From: a virus
Taxonomy: Duplodnaviria; Caudoviricetes
DNA: 33,472 bases
IMG/VR virus record: IMGVR_UViG_3300038312_000303
Location: 1-33,472 of that record
Direction: 5' to 3' (one strand)
Both the position numbers and the translations under genes were made by a program. Positions within the stretch are counted from its first letter, which is position 1; the number at the start of each line of letters is the position of its first letter. Shown piece by piece: positions 24,552 through 33,472 of this stretch. Below the pieces are notes generated by a model. That model had not been told where the DNA came from. It saw nothing but the letters and a program-made list of their open reading frames with translations, and did not search any database.

Positions 24552-25329
24552 AAAAGAACTGAGATTCATCCCTTTTGAGTTTGAAGTACGTGAGGAAGGC
24601 GAAAAACCGCCAAAACTGGTGGGTTATGCCAGCGTCTTCAACCAGGAGAGCGAGATCGCTGGTTTATGGCGCGAAAAAGTCAGCCCCGGCGCCTACAAAA
24701 AGACAATCCAGGAAAATGACATCCGGGCGCTGTGGAACCACAATACAGACCTGGTATTAGGGAGAAACAAGGCTAAAACATTGTACCTGGAGGAAGACAA
24801 CAAGGGATTGAAGGTTGAGATCATTCCACCTGATACCCAGGCTGGCCGGGATGCGATCACCAGCATCAAACGGCAGGATGTGAGCCAGATGAGCCTGGCA
24901 TTCATCCCAATCAAGCAGGAATGGATCCTGCCGACTGACCGGCGGGACCTGGCATTGCGGGTGATCAAGGAAGCCAGACTGTTTGAAGTTTCGCCGGTAA
25001 CCTTCCCTGCTTTCGAAGAAACGTCAATTAATACACGGTCCAAGCTTTACCTGCCTGGTGAAGATATGGATCCAGTGGAAGAAGCTTTCAGACTTTTGGA
25101 ATGTGCTGAGAGAGGCATGCAGCTAAGCGCGGAACAAAGAAGCGTTATCAGGGCTGCTATTGAAATGTATCAATCCCATCTTTTAGAGCCGGATCCCGAT
25201 GAGGGCCACCACTCTGAATCAACCGAGGAGCCAGAGCAGTCAGGTTTGGACCTAGATGGCCACTACTCGGAGGTTGAGCGGGCGCGCAGGTTGGATGCTT
25301 TGTACCAACAAATCAATCAGATCTCATAG
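24541..25329 (+). CDS. HK97-family prohead protease
   Basis: GYASVFN, ALWNH..LGR, MSLAF, LFEVSPVTFPA. Confidence 0.93.
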   Translation: MKDKKELRFIPFEFEVREEGEKPPKLVGYASVFNQESEIAGLWREKVSPGAYKKTIQENDIRALWNHNTDLVLGRNKAKTLYLEEDNKGLKVEIIPPDTQAGRDAITSIKRQDVSQMSLAFIPIKQEWILPTDRRDLALRVIKEARLFEVSPVTFPAFEETSINTRSKLYLPGEDMDPVEEAFRLLECAERGMQLSAEQRSVIRAAIEMYQSHLLEPDPDEGHHSESTEEPEQSGLDLDGHYSEVERARRLDALYQQINQIS

Positions 25330-25337
25330 GAGGAACA

Positions 25338-26654
25338 ATGACTATTGCAGAACTTCGCCAGCGCCGCGCATCCCTTTGGGAGCAGGCAAAATCGCTTCAT
25401 ATCCTGGCTGAAAAAGAGAAGCGAGAACTCACTGCTGAAGAACGTGAGCAGTGGGACCGCATTAATGCGGAAATTGACGGCTTGAAAGAGACCATCGACC
25501 GTGAAGAAAGAATCGCGGAGATCGACTCCGAATTGAATGACCTGCCGGAACCGGTGGCCTTGCGCACACGAGAAGGCCGCATTGCCGCAGCTACTGGCAG
25601 TTTTGAGCACTCACCGGTGGAAATGGAAGAATCCGTGCTGCCGCAGAGTGATGAATACAACAGGGCTTTCCGCTCCTACCTGCGTGTGGGAATGGGATCC
25701 TTGAAGCCTGAGTCGCGCGCCATCTTGCAGCCATTCTTTGGGGCAACAGATACGGAACAGCGAGCTTTGGGCGTGGGAACGGCTGCCGCCGGCGGCGCGT
25801 TGGTGCCTGAAGAGTTTTATCGCCAGGTTATTGACGCTATGAAGGCCTTTGGCGGAATGCGCCAGGCGCGCACCACGAAGATCTCAACTGCGAGCGGGGC
25901 TAACATGCCAATCCCTACCGCCGATGACACAGGCAATGAGGGCGCAATCCTGGCTGAAAACACCCAGGTGGGTGAACAAGATATGACTTTCGGGTCCAAA
26001 AACCTGGGAGCCTATATGTACACATCCAAATTGGTGCGCGTTTCCCTGCAGTTGATGCAGGACGCGGCCTTCCCAATCGCAACCTGGCTGGCACAGAAAC
26101 TAGGCCAGAGGCTGGGGCGTATCACCAATAAACACTACACGATCGGCACTGGAACAGGTGAACCTGCAGGCATACTGACGGGTGCGACCCTTGGTTCCCT
26201 TGGGGCTGCCGGCGCGACCACCACGATCACTTACGAAAAGCTGGTGGAGCTGGAGCACTCAGTCGATCCTCCCTATCGTGAGCAAGGCGCGGAGTGGATG
26301 TTCAATGACAAGACCTTACAGGCCCTGAAAAGCCTGAAGGATGGCGATGGGCGCCCATTGTGGCTTCCTGGATTGGCGGTACAGTCCCCGGATACGATCA
26401 TGGGATACCCCTACATCATCAACCAGTCCATGCCTGCGATGGGTGTGGACGCGAAGTCGATCTTGTTTGGCGACTTCAGCTACTACTTCATCCGAGATGT
26501 GATGGATCTACGGGTCCTGCGTTTGGACGAACGCTACGCAGATTACCTGCAGGTCGGTTTCCTGGCCTTCATGCGCAGTGATGGCATCTTTGCCAATCCT
26601 GACGGCGGGTCGACCAACAGCCCGGTGAAGTTCTATCAGAACTCGGCCACTTAA
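25338..26654 (+). CDS. HK97-fold major capsid protein with N-terminal scaffold (delta) domain
   Basis: Coiled-coil N-terminus; GG.LVPE, VS.QL.QD, LKDGDGRPLW, FGDFSYY.IRD. Confidence 0.96.
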   Translation: MTIAELRQRRASLWEQAKSLHILAEKEKRELTAEEREQWDRINAEIDGLKETIDREERIAEIDSELNDLPEPVALRTREGRIAAATGSFEHSPVEMEESVLPQSDEYNRAFRSYLRVGMGSLKPESRAILQPFFGATDTEQRALGVGTAAAGGALVPEEFYRQVIDAMKAFGGMRQARTTKISTASGANMPIPTADDTGNEGAILAENTQVGEQDMTFGSKNLGAYMYTSKLVRVSLQLMQDAAFPIATWLAQKLGQRLGRITNKHYTIGTGTGEPAGILTGATLGSLGAAGATTTITYEKLVELEHSVDPPYREQGAEWMFNDKTLQALKSLKDGDGRPLWLPGLAVQSPDTIMGYPYIINQSMPAMGVDAKSILFGDFSYYFIRDVMDLRVLRLDERYADYLQVGFLAFMRSDGIFANPDGGSTNSPVKFYQNSAT

Positions 26655-26667
26655 TTTACGGATCATG

Positions 26668-26693
26668 AGCCTCCTGGGGTCACCCAGGAGGCT
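26668..26693 (+). other. 11-bp stem-loop after the major capsid gene (no U-tract)
   Basis: AGCCTCCTGGG-gtca-CCCAGGAGGCT. Confidence 0.7.
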
Positions 26694-26705
26694 GGAGGAT
26701 AAGAA

Positions 26706-26921
26706 ATGGCAAAACTGAAAATCTTGAAGGTTTGCGCAACCGAAACAGCCACATTTTTTGGCAATGAGATCGTTGATGTCCCTGGACAGGTAGATGAACC
26801 GTTAGCCCAAGATTGGGTGGATGAGAAAGTCGCCGATTGGGTTGAAGAGACGGTTGATCAGCCGAAAAGCCCAAAGAAGGGTAAAGCCGCTAAAGACACA
26901 GAGAAGAGCGACAAGGAATAA
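26706..26921 (+). CDS. Small head-associated protein
   Basis: GGAGG RBS; K/E-rich tail typical of genes following the capsid gene. Confidence 0.65.
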   Translation: MAKLKILKVCATETATFFGNEIVDVPGQVDEPLAQDWVDEKVADWVEETVDQPKSPKKGKAAKDTEKSDKE

Positions 26922-26924
26922 GCG

Positions 26925-27233
26925 ATGGCCAATATCCTGACCGCCCAAGAAGCTTCGATCGTGCTGCGCTGTGAAATTGATGACCCTGCCATGCTGGAAA
27001 GCCTGCCTTTGGTCGACGCGCACCTGAAACAAGCCACTGGGAGGGATTGGAGTGTGGCTATCGAAGGTTCGATTGAGCCTGTGGCCAAATCTGCCGCACG
27101 GATGCTTTTGGTTATCTGGCATGAAAACCCTGGGATGTTTGGGACGGAAACGCCGATCAGCCAGTTTGGCTTGCCGGCGATCATCACCCAATTGAAAGCC
27201 AGGGATGCGGAACTGAAGGAGCTGGGATCATGA
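26925..27233 (+). CDS. Head-tail connector (HK97 gp6-like)
   Basis: LT..EA...LR....D...ATGR...A..L...W.ENP; position. Confidence 0.8.
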   Translation: MANILTAQEASIVLRCEIDDPAMLESLPLVDAHLKQATGRDWSVAIEGSIEPVAKSAARMLLVIWHENPGMFGTETPISQFGLPAIITQLKARDAELKELGS

Positions 27234-27577
27234 GACTTGGCGGCAAGATCACCAATCCTGGGGATCTAAGGACGCGGATCGATCTGGTGGATATTGTGAG
27301 AAGCCAGGACGCGGGTGGGTTTTACCATGTGACTGAGCTGCCTGGAAAGGCGGTTTGGGCGAGCTGGAAGAATGCTTTTGGGCTGGAAGCCATGCGCGCT
27401 GCCGCTGAAGGTGTGGAGATCTCTGCCACGGTGAGGGTCCGGTTTCTGGCTGGTTTGAATAACAGCTGGCGGGTGCGAAAAGGTGGTGAGACTTACGAGA
27501 TCATCACGGATGTGGATGACATCGGCGAACGGCATGAGTACATGGAGTTCAAGGTACGGAGATACGAAGCTGCATGA
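27230..27577 (+). CDS. Head closure/adaptor (SPP1 gp16-like)
   Basis: G.LR.RI...D..GG...VWA...G.E...R...YEI..V.D. Confidence 0.82.
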   Translation: MRLGGKITNPGDLRTRIDLVDIVRSQDAGGFYHVTELPGKAVWASWKNAFGLEAMRAAAEGVEISATVRVRFLAGLNNSWRVRKGGETYEIITDVDDIGERHEYMEFKVRRYEAA

Positions 27578-27969
27578 AAGCAACCTTGAGCGCGCCTAAA
27601 TCATTGATCACCCTCATGGAGGATGTGGCTGCCTTGGAGGCTGATATTGTGGCGATCGCGGCTGAAGGCTTGGAAGCCGGTGCTGAAGTCGCCCTGGAAG
27701 GAATGCGCAAGCGCGTCCCAGTCAGGAAAGGTGTGCTGAAGGCAAATCTGAAGCGTGGACCGGTGAAGGTGGACGGAAACGTGGTCACGGTGGACATTGG
27801 ATTGCTGGATGACACGCCAGAGGATGTGGCCAGGTATGGCAACGCACAAGAGTTTGGTTCTTCGAGCATGGCCGCGCAACCGTACATCCGGCCGACTATG
27901 GCTGAGGATAAAGGCAGGATCACCAAAGCCTTGGCGGGTCCGTTCAAGGAGCGAGGTCTGTCAGAATGA
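27574..27969 (+). CDS. HK97 gp10-like tail-completion protein
   Basis: VPVR.G.L...EFGSS.MAAQPYIRP. Confidence 0.88.
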   Translation: MKATLSAPKSLITLMEDVAALEADIVAIAAEGLEAGAEVALEGMRKRVPVRKGVLKANLKRGPVKVDGNVVTVDIGLLDDTPEDVARYGNAQEFGSSSMAAQPYIRPTMAEDKGRITKALAGPFKERGLSE

Positions 27970-28313
27970 CGATCTATGAGATTTGCCATGCCGCGCTCAG
28001 CCCCTTGGGATTGCCCCTGGCCGCGGTGATGATGAAGCCTGGGAAAGGCCAGACTTATCCTGACCGTTACCTAGTTTACCAACTTATCAGCGCGCCGCCT
28101 GAAGCGCACGCTGATGACCTGGAAACGGAAAGGACCTACCTGGTCCAGGTGAATGCCTGGTCCCGGAATGGTTTCATCGGTTTCCCTGATATTGAGGCAG
28201 CGATGCTGGCCGCGGGGTTCAGATACTCCAGCCAGCGGGACCTGCCGTTTTCAACCGAGACAGGCCATTCTGGCTTGTCCCTGGATTTTTTCTACTTAGA
28301 GAATAGGAGTTAG
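27966..28313 (+). CDS. Tail terminator protein
   Basis: YLVY...HADD.E....VQV..WS...M.AAGF pattern; position before the major tail gene. Confidence 0.75.
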   Translation: MTIYEICHAALSPLGLPLAAVMMKPGKGQTYPDRYLVYQLISAPPEAHADDLETERTYLVQVNAWSRNGFIGFPDIEAAMLAAGFRYSSQRDLPFSTETGHSGLSLDFFYLENRS

Positions 28314-28315
28314 CT

Positions 28316-28939
28316 ATGGCTATTGTTTCAGGTGAATACAAGTCCGTTATCGGGCTCGACAGGATCTATTTCGCACTGGTGACCGCGGATGATGCGACCG
28401 CTTATACCGGCGGAACCCCGGAATGGCTGGCACCGGCGGCAACTGCCAAGGTGAGCACCACCAGCAGTTCCACCGCGCAGTACGCGGATGACGGCGTTTT
28501 TGACAGTTCGAGCTCAGAAGGCGAATCGGTAGTGGACATTGAGGTCACGAATGTGCCCTTGATCACCGCCGCGAAGTTGCTTGGAAAGACCTTCAACGCG
28601 ACCAACGGAATGATGGTGGATGGGTCATCTGCCAATCCGCCAGACTGCGCGCTGAGTTTCCGTTCGAAGAAGTCGAATGGCAAGTACAAATACATCCAGT
28701 ACTTGAAGGGCAAATTCAGCATGAGCGAGGAAGAGTTTGCCACTTTGGAGGCTTCCCCCGCGCCAAAGACAGCCAAATTGAAGTACACAGCCTTCAACAC
28801 GATCCACCCCTTCCAGACGGCGGTAGGCAAGACCGAAACCGTCAGACGGGTGACCGTGGATGAAGACCAGGCTGCCTCCGCGACTGTGATCGCCAATTGG
28901 TTCACGGCTGTGCAGGTGCCGCCTACCGTTACTGCTTAA
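28316..28939 (+). CDS. Major tail protein (phi13-like)
   Basis: IGLD.IYFA, YADD, ALSFRSKKSNGKYKY..YLKGKF. Confidence 0.9.
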   Translation: MAIVSGEYKSVIGLDRIYFALVTADDATAYTGGTPEWLAPAATAKVSTTSSSTAQYADDGVFDSSSSEGESVVDIEVTNVPLITAAKLLGKTFNATNGMMVDGSSANPPDCALSFRSKKSNGKYKYIQYLKGKFSMSEEEFATLEASPAPKTAKLKYTAFNTIHPFQTAVGKTETVRRVTVDEDQAASATVIANWFTAVQVPPTVTA

Positions 28940-28944
28940 TTAAT

Positions 28945-28969
28945 TCCTGGCCGGGATGACCGGCCAGGA
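28945..28969 (+). other. 10-bp stem-loop after the major tail gene (no U-tract)
   Basis: TCCTGGCCGG-gatga-CCGGCCAGGA. Confidence 0.7.
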
Positions 28970-28979
28970 GGAGGATTCC

Positions 28980-29285
28980 ATGGAACCATTCGCGATCGAG
29001 ATCACCCTCTATGGAGAGGATGATGAAGTCAAAAACACCTATCGACAAAATTTCATTCCATTCCGCCTGTTGAAGGAGGCCTTCAAGCTGGCTGAGAGGA
29101 TGGGCAAGCTGGAAAACCCTGAAAAGATGACCCCAGAAGTATTCGATGACCTGGCGGATTTTATCGTTGCACTGTTCCGGGGCAGATTCAGCCGGGAGGA
29201 GCTGGAGAATGGTGCGAGCATGGATGAGGCGATCACGGTGCTCAGGCAGGTGATGGCCCGAATTTCAAGTTCAAACCCTACTTAG
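28980..29285 (+). CDS. Tail assembly chaperone (gpG-like)
   Basis: Between major tail and tape measure genes; D.LADFIV.LF..RFSREEL..G pattern. Confidence 0.82.
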   Translation: MEPFAIEITLYGEDDEVKNTYRQNFIPFRLLKEAFKLAERMGKLENPEKMTPEVFDDLADFIVALFRGRFSREELENGASMDEAITVLRQVMARISSSNPT

Positions 29286-29491
29286 CCGGCGGGGAGCCGG
29301 CGGATGAACAAAATGAAACCCGCAGCCCTTTGGAGATCCTGCTGGATGTGGAGATCATGCTGGTGAAAAGTTTTAACTGGAGCCTGGCTGATATCGACAG
29401 GACCGACAGCGTGAGCCTGTTCGACTTTCTGCGCCGGATGGGTGTGAACAATGCCCCCAGGCAAGTGTTTGCCGATGAAGTGGAGTGGTGA
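29273..29491 (+). CDS. gpGT extension reached by -1 frameshift at A-AAC-CCT; absent from the ORF track
   Basis: X-XXY-YYZ heptamer at 29273-29279; -1 frame open to TGA 29489-29491 (..LLDVEIMLVKSFNWSLADIDRTD..FADEVEW), overlapping the tape measure ATG. Confidence 0.8.
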   Translation, partial: KPYLAGGEPADEQNETRSPLEILLDVEIMLVKSFNWSLADIDRTDSVSLFDFLRRMGVNNAPRQVFADEVEW

Positions 29492-31950
29492 TGGCCGGCA
29501 GCGCTAATCCGCTATCCAGCAAAGTTTCGCTTGATGTCACCGACTTCAAGACCAATTCTGCTGCTTTAAATAGGGAATTGAGGCTGATCGAAAGCGGCTT
29601 CCAAGCGAGTGTGGCCAGCATGGGAGACTGGAGCAAGAATTCTGGTGGGCTGGAGGCCAGGATCCAGAGTTTGGGTGAAAAAATGGGGGTCCAGGCAAAG
29701 AAAGTGGAGGCCACCCGCCTGGAATATGAAAAGGTAGCTGCTGAGAAAGGCGCTAACTCCAGGGCCGCTCAAGAGCTGGAGATCAAGCTCAACAAGGAAA
29801 CTGAGACGCTGGGGAAAATGCAGAGTGAGCTTAGGAACAATCAGGCCGCTCTGGAGAAAATGGGGACGGAATCCGGCCAAACCGCGCGAGAAGTGGACAA
29901 ACTTGACAGCGAGAATAAAAAGGCAGAGAAATCCACCAAAAGCTTTGGAGATCACCTCAAGGATCTGGGCAAAGGGGTGGCATCAACCTTATCCGGGGTG
30001 AGAGACACGATCGCGGGTATCGGTAAGGCTGCCGGTGTGGCAATCGGTGGATTGGCGATAGGCGCAGCCGTAGGAGCTAAGAAACTTGTAACCGGTGTCA
30101 TCGAGCAGTTTGGCAGCCTGGAACAGAGTTTGGGCGGATCTGAAGCCGTCTTCCAGGAATATGCCAGCACGATGCAGAAAATTGGTGAGGATGCCTATAA
30201 AAACATGGGTGTCAGCCAATCCCAGTATTTAGATACCGCAAACAAGATGGGCGCCCTGTTCCAGGGAACCGGGCTGACAGCTGAGAGATCTGCTGACATA
30301 ACAGCCCAGGCAATGCAACGCGCGGCTGACATGGCTAGCGTGATGGGCATTGACATGCAGATGGCGCTGGATTCGGTGGCCGGCGCGGCCAAGGGCAACT
30401 TCACGATGATGGACAACCTGGGCGTGGCAATGAATGCGACCACGATCGAAGCCTACGCGGCAGCCAATGGGCTGGACTTCGTGTGGGCGAGTGCTACCCA
30501 GGCGGAAAAGGCCGAAATGGCAATGAAGATGTTCTTCGAGACCACAGAACAATACGCGGGAAACTTCGCTAAAGAATCCACCCAGACGATCAGAGGATCG
30601 ATGGGTTTGCTTACAGCCGCGGTGACATCCTGGACAGCCGGGCTGGGCAACTCCAATGCCGATATGATCAATCTGACAGAGAATGTGGTGGACGCCTTTG
30701 GCGCGGTGGTCGATAATGTGGTCCCTGTTCTGGAGAATATCACTGACGCGCTGCCCAAAGCGCTGGATACGATGCTGCCGATGGTCGGTAACCTGTTAGG
30801 CAAGTTTTTGCCGGTCATCGTGAGCATCTTCTCCCAAATCATGAAAACGGTGGTGGGGATGGTTCCCCAGATGCTGCCGGTCGTGGTGGATTCCGTGGGC
30901 CAGATCCTGGAGACGCTGATCGGGTTGATGCCAGAATTCATTAATCTGGGCGTTGAGCTGGTCTTGAGCCTGATCGAGATGATTGGAGAGATGGCGCCAA
31001 TGCTGGCGGAGGCCGCGCCTGAGATGATCATGCAACTGGTGGACGGGATGTTGAAGATGCTGCCAGAGATCATTCGGATCGGCATGCTGATCCTGCTGGC
31101 CCTGGTGGCCGGCATTGGCCAGCTGCTGCCATCCTTGATACCGGCAGCAGTACAGATGATCGTGATGATCATCAATGGGCTGACACAGGCATTGCCGCAA
31201 TTAATGACGATGATCGCGACGCTGATCCCTGAAGTGGTGATCGTGCTGATTGAAAACCTGCCGCTGTTGATCGATGCGGCATTGCAGCTGATCCTGGCGA
31301 TCATGGATGGGTTGGTTCAAGCTTTGCCAGTGCTGATCAATTACACCCCGCAAATAATTGAAGCGGTGTTCAATGCGCTGATCAGGGCATTGCCTATGAT
31401 CGGACGAGCTGCTGTCCAACTGGTAATGGCTTTGGTAAATGGGATAGGAAGCATGCTGCCTTCAATGGGAAAGGCAGCCGGCAATATCATCGGGGCATTC
31501 ACCAAGGGAATCAGTGGAATGCTCTCATCGCTATGGCAGGTTGGCGCCGATATTGTGAATGGGATCTGGAATGGGATCTCAGCGAAAGCAGCTTGGTTCA
31601 GGAGCCAAATAACAGGATTCTTTTCCAATATCCTCAGTTCAGTGAAGGCTGCGCTTGGGATTAAATCTCCTTCTAAACTGTTTGCAGATGAAGTCGGCAG
31701 CAATATCGCCTTAGGTATTTGGCAGGGATTTGACCAATCACTAGGCAGAATCAAATCTGACATGGATCTCGCGGTAAAGGGCCTTACGCCTGAATTGGCT
31801 TTGAATCCATTTCAACCGATGACCCCTGCCCTGGCTGCCGCAGGAATGGGAAGCGATGGCAAGAATCTTACAGTGATTGTGAACACCACACGCCCTTTGG
31901 ATTATGAACTCTTATCAGAAAAAGTTGCCAGAAAGCTGACCAGAAGATGA
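29491..31950 (+). CDS. Tape measure protein
   Basis: Long Ala/Gly-rich helical ORF with periodic LP repeats and the LGIKSPSK motif. Confidence 0.93.
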   Translation: MAGSANPLSSKVSLDVTDFKTNSAALNRELRLIESGFQASVASMGDWSKNSGGLEARIQSLGEKMGVQAKKVEATRLEYEKVAAEKGANSRAAQELEIKLNKETETLGKMQSELRNNQAALEKMGTESGQTAREVDKLDSENKKAEKSTKSFGDHLKDLGKGVASTLSGVRDTIAGIGKAAGVAIGGLAIGAAVGAKKLVTGVIEQFGSLEQSLGGSEAVFQEYASTMQKIGEDAYKNMGVSQSQYLDTANKMGALFQGTGLTAERSADITAQAMQRAADMASVMGIDMQMALDSVAGAAKGNFTMMDNLGVAMNATTIEAYAAANGLDFVWASATQAEKAEMAMKMFFETTEQYAGNFAKESTQTIRGSMGLLTAAVTSWTAGLGNSNADMINLTENVVDAFGAVVDNVVPVLENITDALPKALDTMLPMVGNLLGKFLPVIVSIFSQIMKTVVGMVPQMLPVVVDSVGQILETLIGLMPEFINLGVELVLSLIEMIGEMAPMLAEAAPEMIMQLVDGMLKMLPEIIRIGMLILLALVAGIGQLLPSLIPAAVQMIVMIINGLTQALPQLMTMIATLIPEVVIVLIENLPLLIDAALQLILAIMDGLVQALPVLINYTPQIIEAVFNALIRALPMIGRAAVQLVMALVNGIGSMLPSMGKAAGNIIGAFTKGISGMLSSLWQVGADIVNGIWNGISAKAAWFRSQITGFFSNILSSVKAALGIKSPSKLFADEVGSNIALGIWQGFDQSLGRIKSDMDLAVKGLTPELALNPFQPMTPALAAAGMGSDGKNLTVIVNTTRPLDYELLSEKVARKLTRR

Positions 31951-33272
31951 GCAAACTGACGATCACATACGGCGCGACTACGATCAACCTGAATGACCGG
32001 GTTAACCACATCTTGATGGAGGGCTATTTCCCGGAAGTGACCACTGACCTGGAAGAACATGTAAGCGAGACTTGTAAGGTGCAACTGCGCGGAAATGTGA
32101 GCGACTTGGTGCGCGCTATCAACCGGGCATTCACCCTGGCGCGGTCCAGCAATGAAAGCCTCAACCATGTCTACATCAATTATGCCCCTGGTGACAGTGA
32201 AGCACCCTGGCGATCACGGATCTATGACGGTGCGGTAATCGTGGACAAGAGCCTGGGAAGAGCGTACCCGCGCTCCAGGCTGGCAGTGGACATCTCTTTT
32301 GAGCGAGATCCATTCTGGGAGGGACCTGAGGAATCCATCCCACTGAGCAACTTGAATGGAACCAATCAGACAGGCAGTTTGAATGTGTTCAGCTGCAATG
32401 ATCTCACAGGTACGGCGCCGTCGAGGCTCTGCAATTACATGGATATTGCCGCGGGAGTGATCAAAGGAGATCTTGAGACACCGATAAAGCTGGAGCTGAA
32501 GAACCTCTATCCTCAAGCACTGGGAACGGTATGGGTTGGGTTAAACAAGACTAATCCGGCTACAGCGCGTTGGTTATATGAAGCTGAATCTGCCAATGGG
32601 GTCACTGCGACGACGGCAACGGGTGCATCTGGAGGAAAGATCGTCAAAGGAACGGCGACTGATGCGAGCCCTCTGGCTTCGCTCACATGGACGTTGAGCG
32701 CAGCGGAGCTTTCGGCTTTCGCTGGACAGAGAGTACGCTTCCTGGCAAGAACTCATTACATGGGTGCTTACAGTGTGTTCCGCTACAAGCTTTTACTGAG
32801 GTCTGCCAATATCACCCTGTTTGAAACGGATTTCATCCGGGAATCGGAGGAATATGCGCGCGCCTGGCTGGAACTGTTTGACCTGCGGCTGCCTCCTTGG
32901 CTGGAGGGTCTGAGCAACTTGCTTTCCATCGATATGACCTTACAGATGCAGCTCGCGCGAGCTGGGAGCTGGCCTTGGGCGATTGATGACATCATGTTGA
33001 TTCCAGCGGATAGCTTTATCCAAGTATTGAGTTTTGTCAATCAAAACGAGCGCCTAGTGCTGGATGGGATCAAAGGAAATTATTACAAAGATAACGGAGC
33101 GGGTATAGGCAGAATCGGTGCCAGGAAGGTGATCGGCGGTCCTTTGATGCTCTCACCCGGGTTAGCGCAACGCCTATATTTGATCCAGCACGGTGTCCAG
33201 ATGGACATGGCTGCGCCTGGCATGGTGGTATCGGCTGCTGCCAAATACCGACCACGAAGGATGAGTTTATGA
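31947..33272 (+). CDS. Distal tail (Dit-like) protein with probable inserted carbohydrate-binding domain
   Basis: Follows the tape measure gene; F.RDPFWEG and C-terminal L.PG motifs; central YEAES...GASGG insertion. Confidence 0.65.
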   Translation: MSKLTITYGATTINLNDRVNHILMEGYFPEVTTDLEEHVSETCKVQLRGNVSDLVRAINRAFTLARSSNESLNHVYINYAPGDSEAPWRSRIYDGAVIVDKSLGRAYPRSRLAVDISFERDPFWEGPEESIPLSNLNGTNQTGSLNVFSCNDLTGTAPSRLCNYMDIAAGVIKGDLETPIKLELKNLYPQALGTVWVGLNKTNPATARWLYEAESANGVTATTATGASGGKIVKGTATDASPLASLTWTLSAAELSAFAGQRVRFLARTHYMGAYSVFRYKLLLRSANITLFETDFIRESEEYARAWLELFDLRLPPWLEGLSNLLSIDMTLQMQLARAGSWPWAIDDIMLIPADSFIQVLSFVNQNERLVLDGIKGNYYKDNGAGIGRIGARKVIGGPLMLSPGLAQRLYLIQHGVQMDMAAPGMVVSAAAKYRPRRMSL

Positions 33273-33472
33273 AAGTAAATATCATCCAACGTTCTTTCGC
33301 CCAGGAATGGGTGATCCCCAAGGACCTAAAGCTGACAGTTTCGAGACGGTCCTTCCACGCAATCGGTGGCCCGTATGACGCGGAGATCATCGCTGAAGGC
33401 AGCCAGGAGTCTTTGAAGGATCTCTTTGGCGCGCTCAGATGTGGGGTTGAGATCTATGACGATGAGGGCGTA
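33269..33472 (+). CDS. 5' part of the tail gene that continues at base 1
   Basis: ATGA overlap at 33269; 35 codons to 33373, then in frame with base 1. Confidence 0.8.
   Translation, partial: MKVNIIQRSFAQEWVIPKDLKLTVSRRSFHAIGGPYDAEIIAEGSQESLKDLFGALRCGVEIYDDEGV
33374..33471 (+). repeat. Terminal overlap, copy 2
   Basis: Identical to 1-98. Confidence 0.95.

Larger units (their letters stand above)
1..33472. mobile_element. Complete circular temperate siphophage genome (HK97-type head, non-contractile tail), in excised/attP form
   Basis: Full head, tail, lysis, lysogeny and replication gene set; terminal 98-nt overlap with an ORF continuous across it; single intact attP and no host genes. Confidence 0.93.

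Noticed and set aside
30453-31304. 283-aa minus-strand ORF
   Set aside because: Antisense shadow of the repetitive tape measure gene, with no RBS or motif

Overview
The window appears to be one complete, circular temperate siphophage genome of about 33,373 bp. Bases 1-98 recur at 33374-33471, and a tail gene reads in frame across the join. It has HK97-type packaging and head genes (HNH, TerS, TerL, portal, protease, major capsid), a long non-contractile tail with a -1 frameshifted chaperone, and a GH25/SH3/C39 endolysin far from its two holin-like genes. The lysogeny region has a CI/Cro switch with four operators and a tyrosine integrase with an intact attP carrying the 3' half of tRNA-Val(CAC). 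The host is probably a Chloroflexota (Anaerolineae-like) bacterium; this is inferred, not shown. The most unusual elements are: (1) a second Xer-like tyrosine recombinase coupled to cro and followed directly by an 11-6-11 dif/lox-like site; (2) a late-gene entry region with no recognisable late activator but two similar promoters carrying LexA-type boxes, a small DUF2292-like gene and a leader terminator; (3) a three-gene operon between lysin and integrase with a perfect-consensus promoter, an RHH regulator and an acidic protein, laid out like an anti-CRISPR or anti-defence locus; (4) a captured M.HgiDII-like methyltransferase with a 14-codon stub of its probable restriction partner; (5) a minimal stand-alone PolX. 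All family assignments come from motif recognition by eye; no searches were run.
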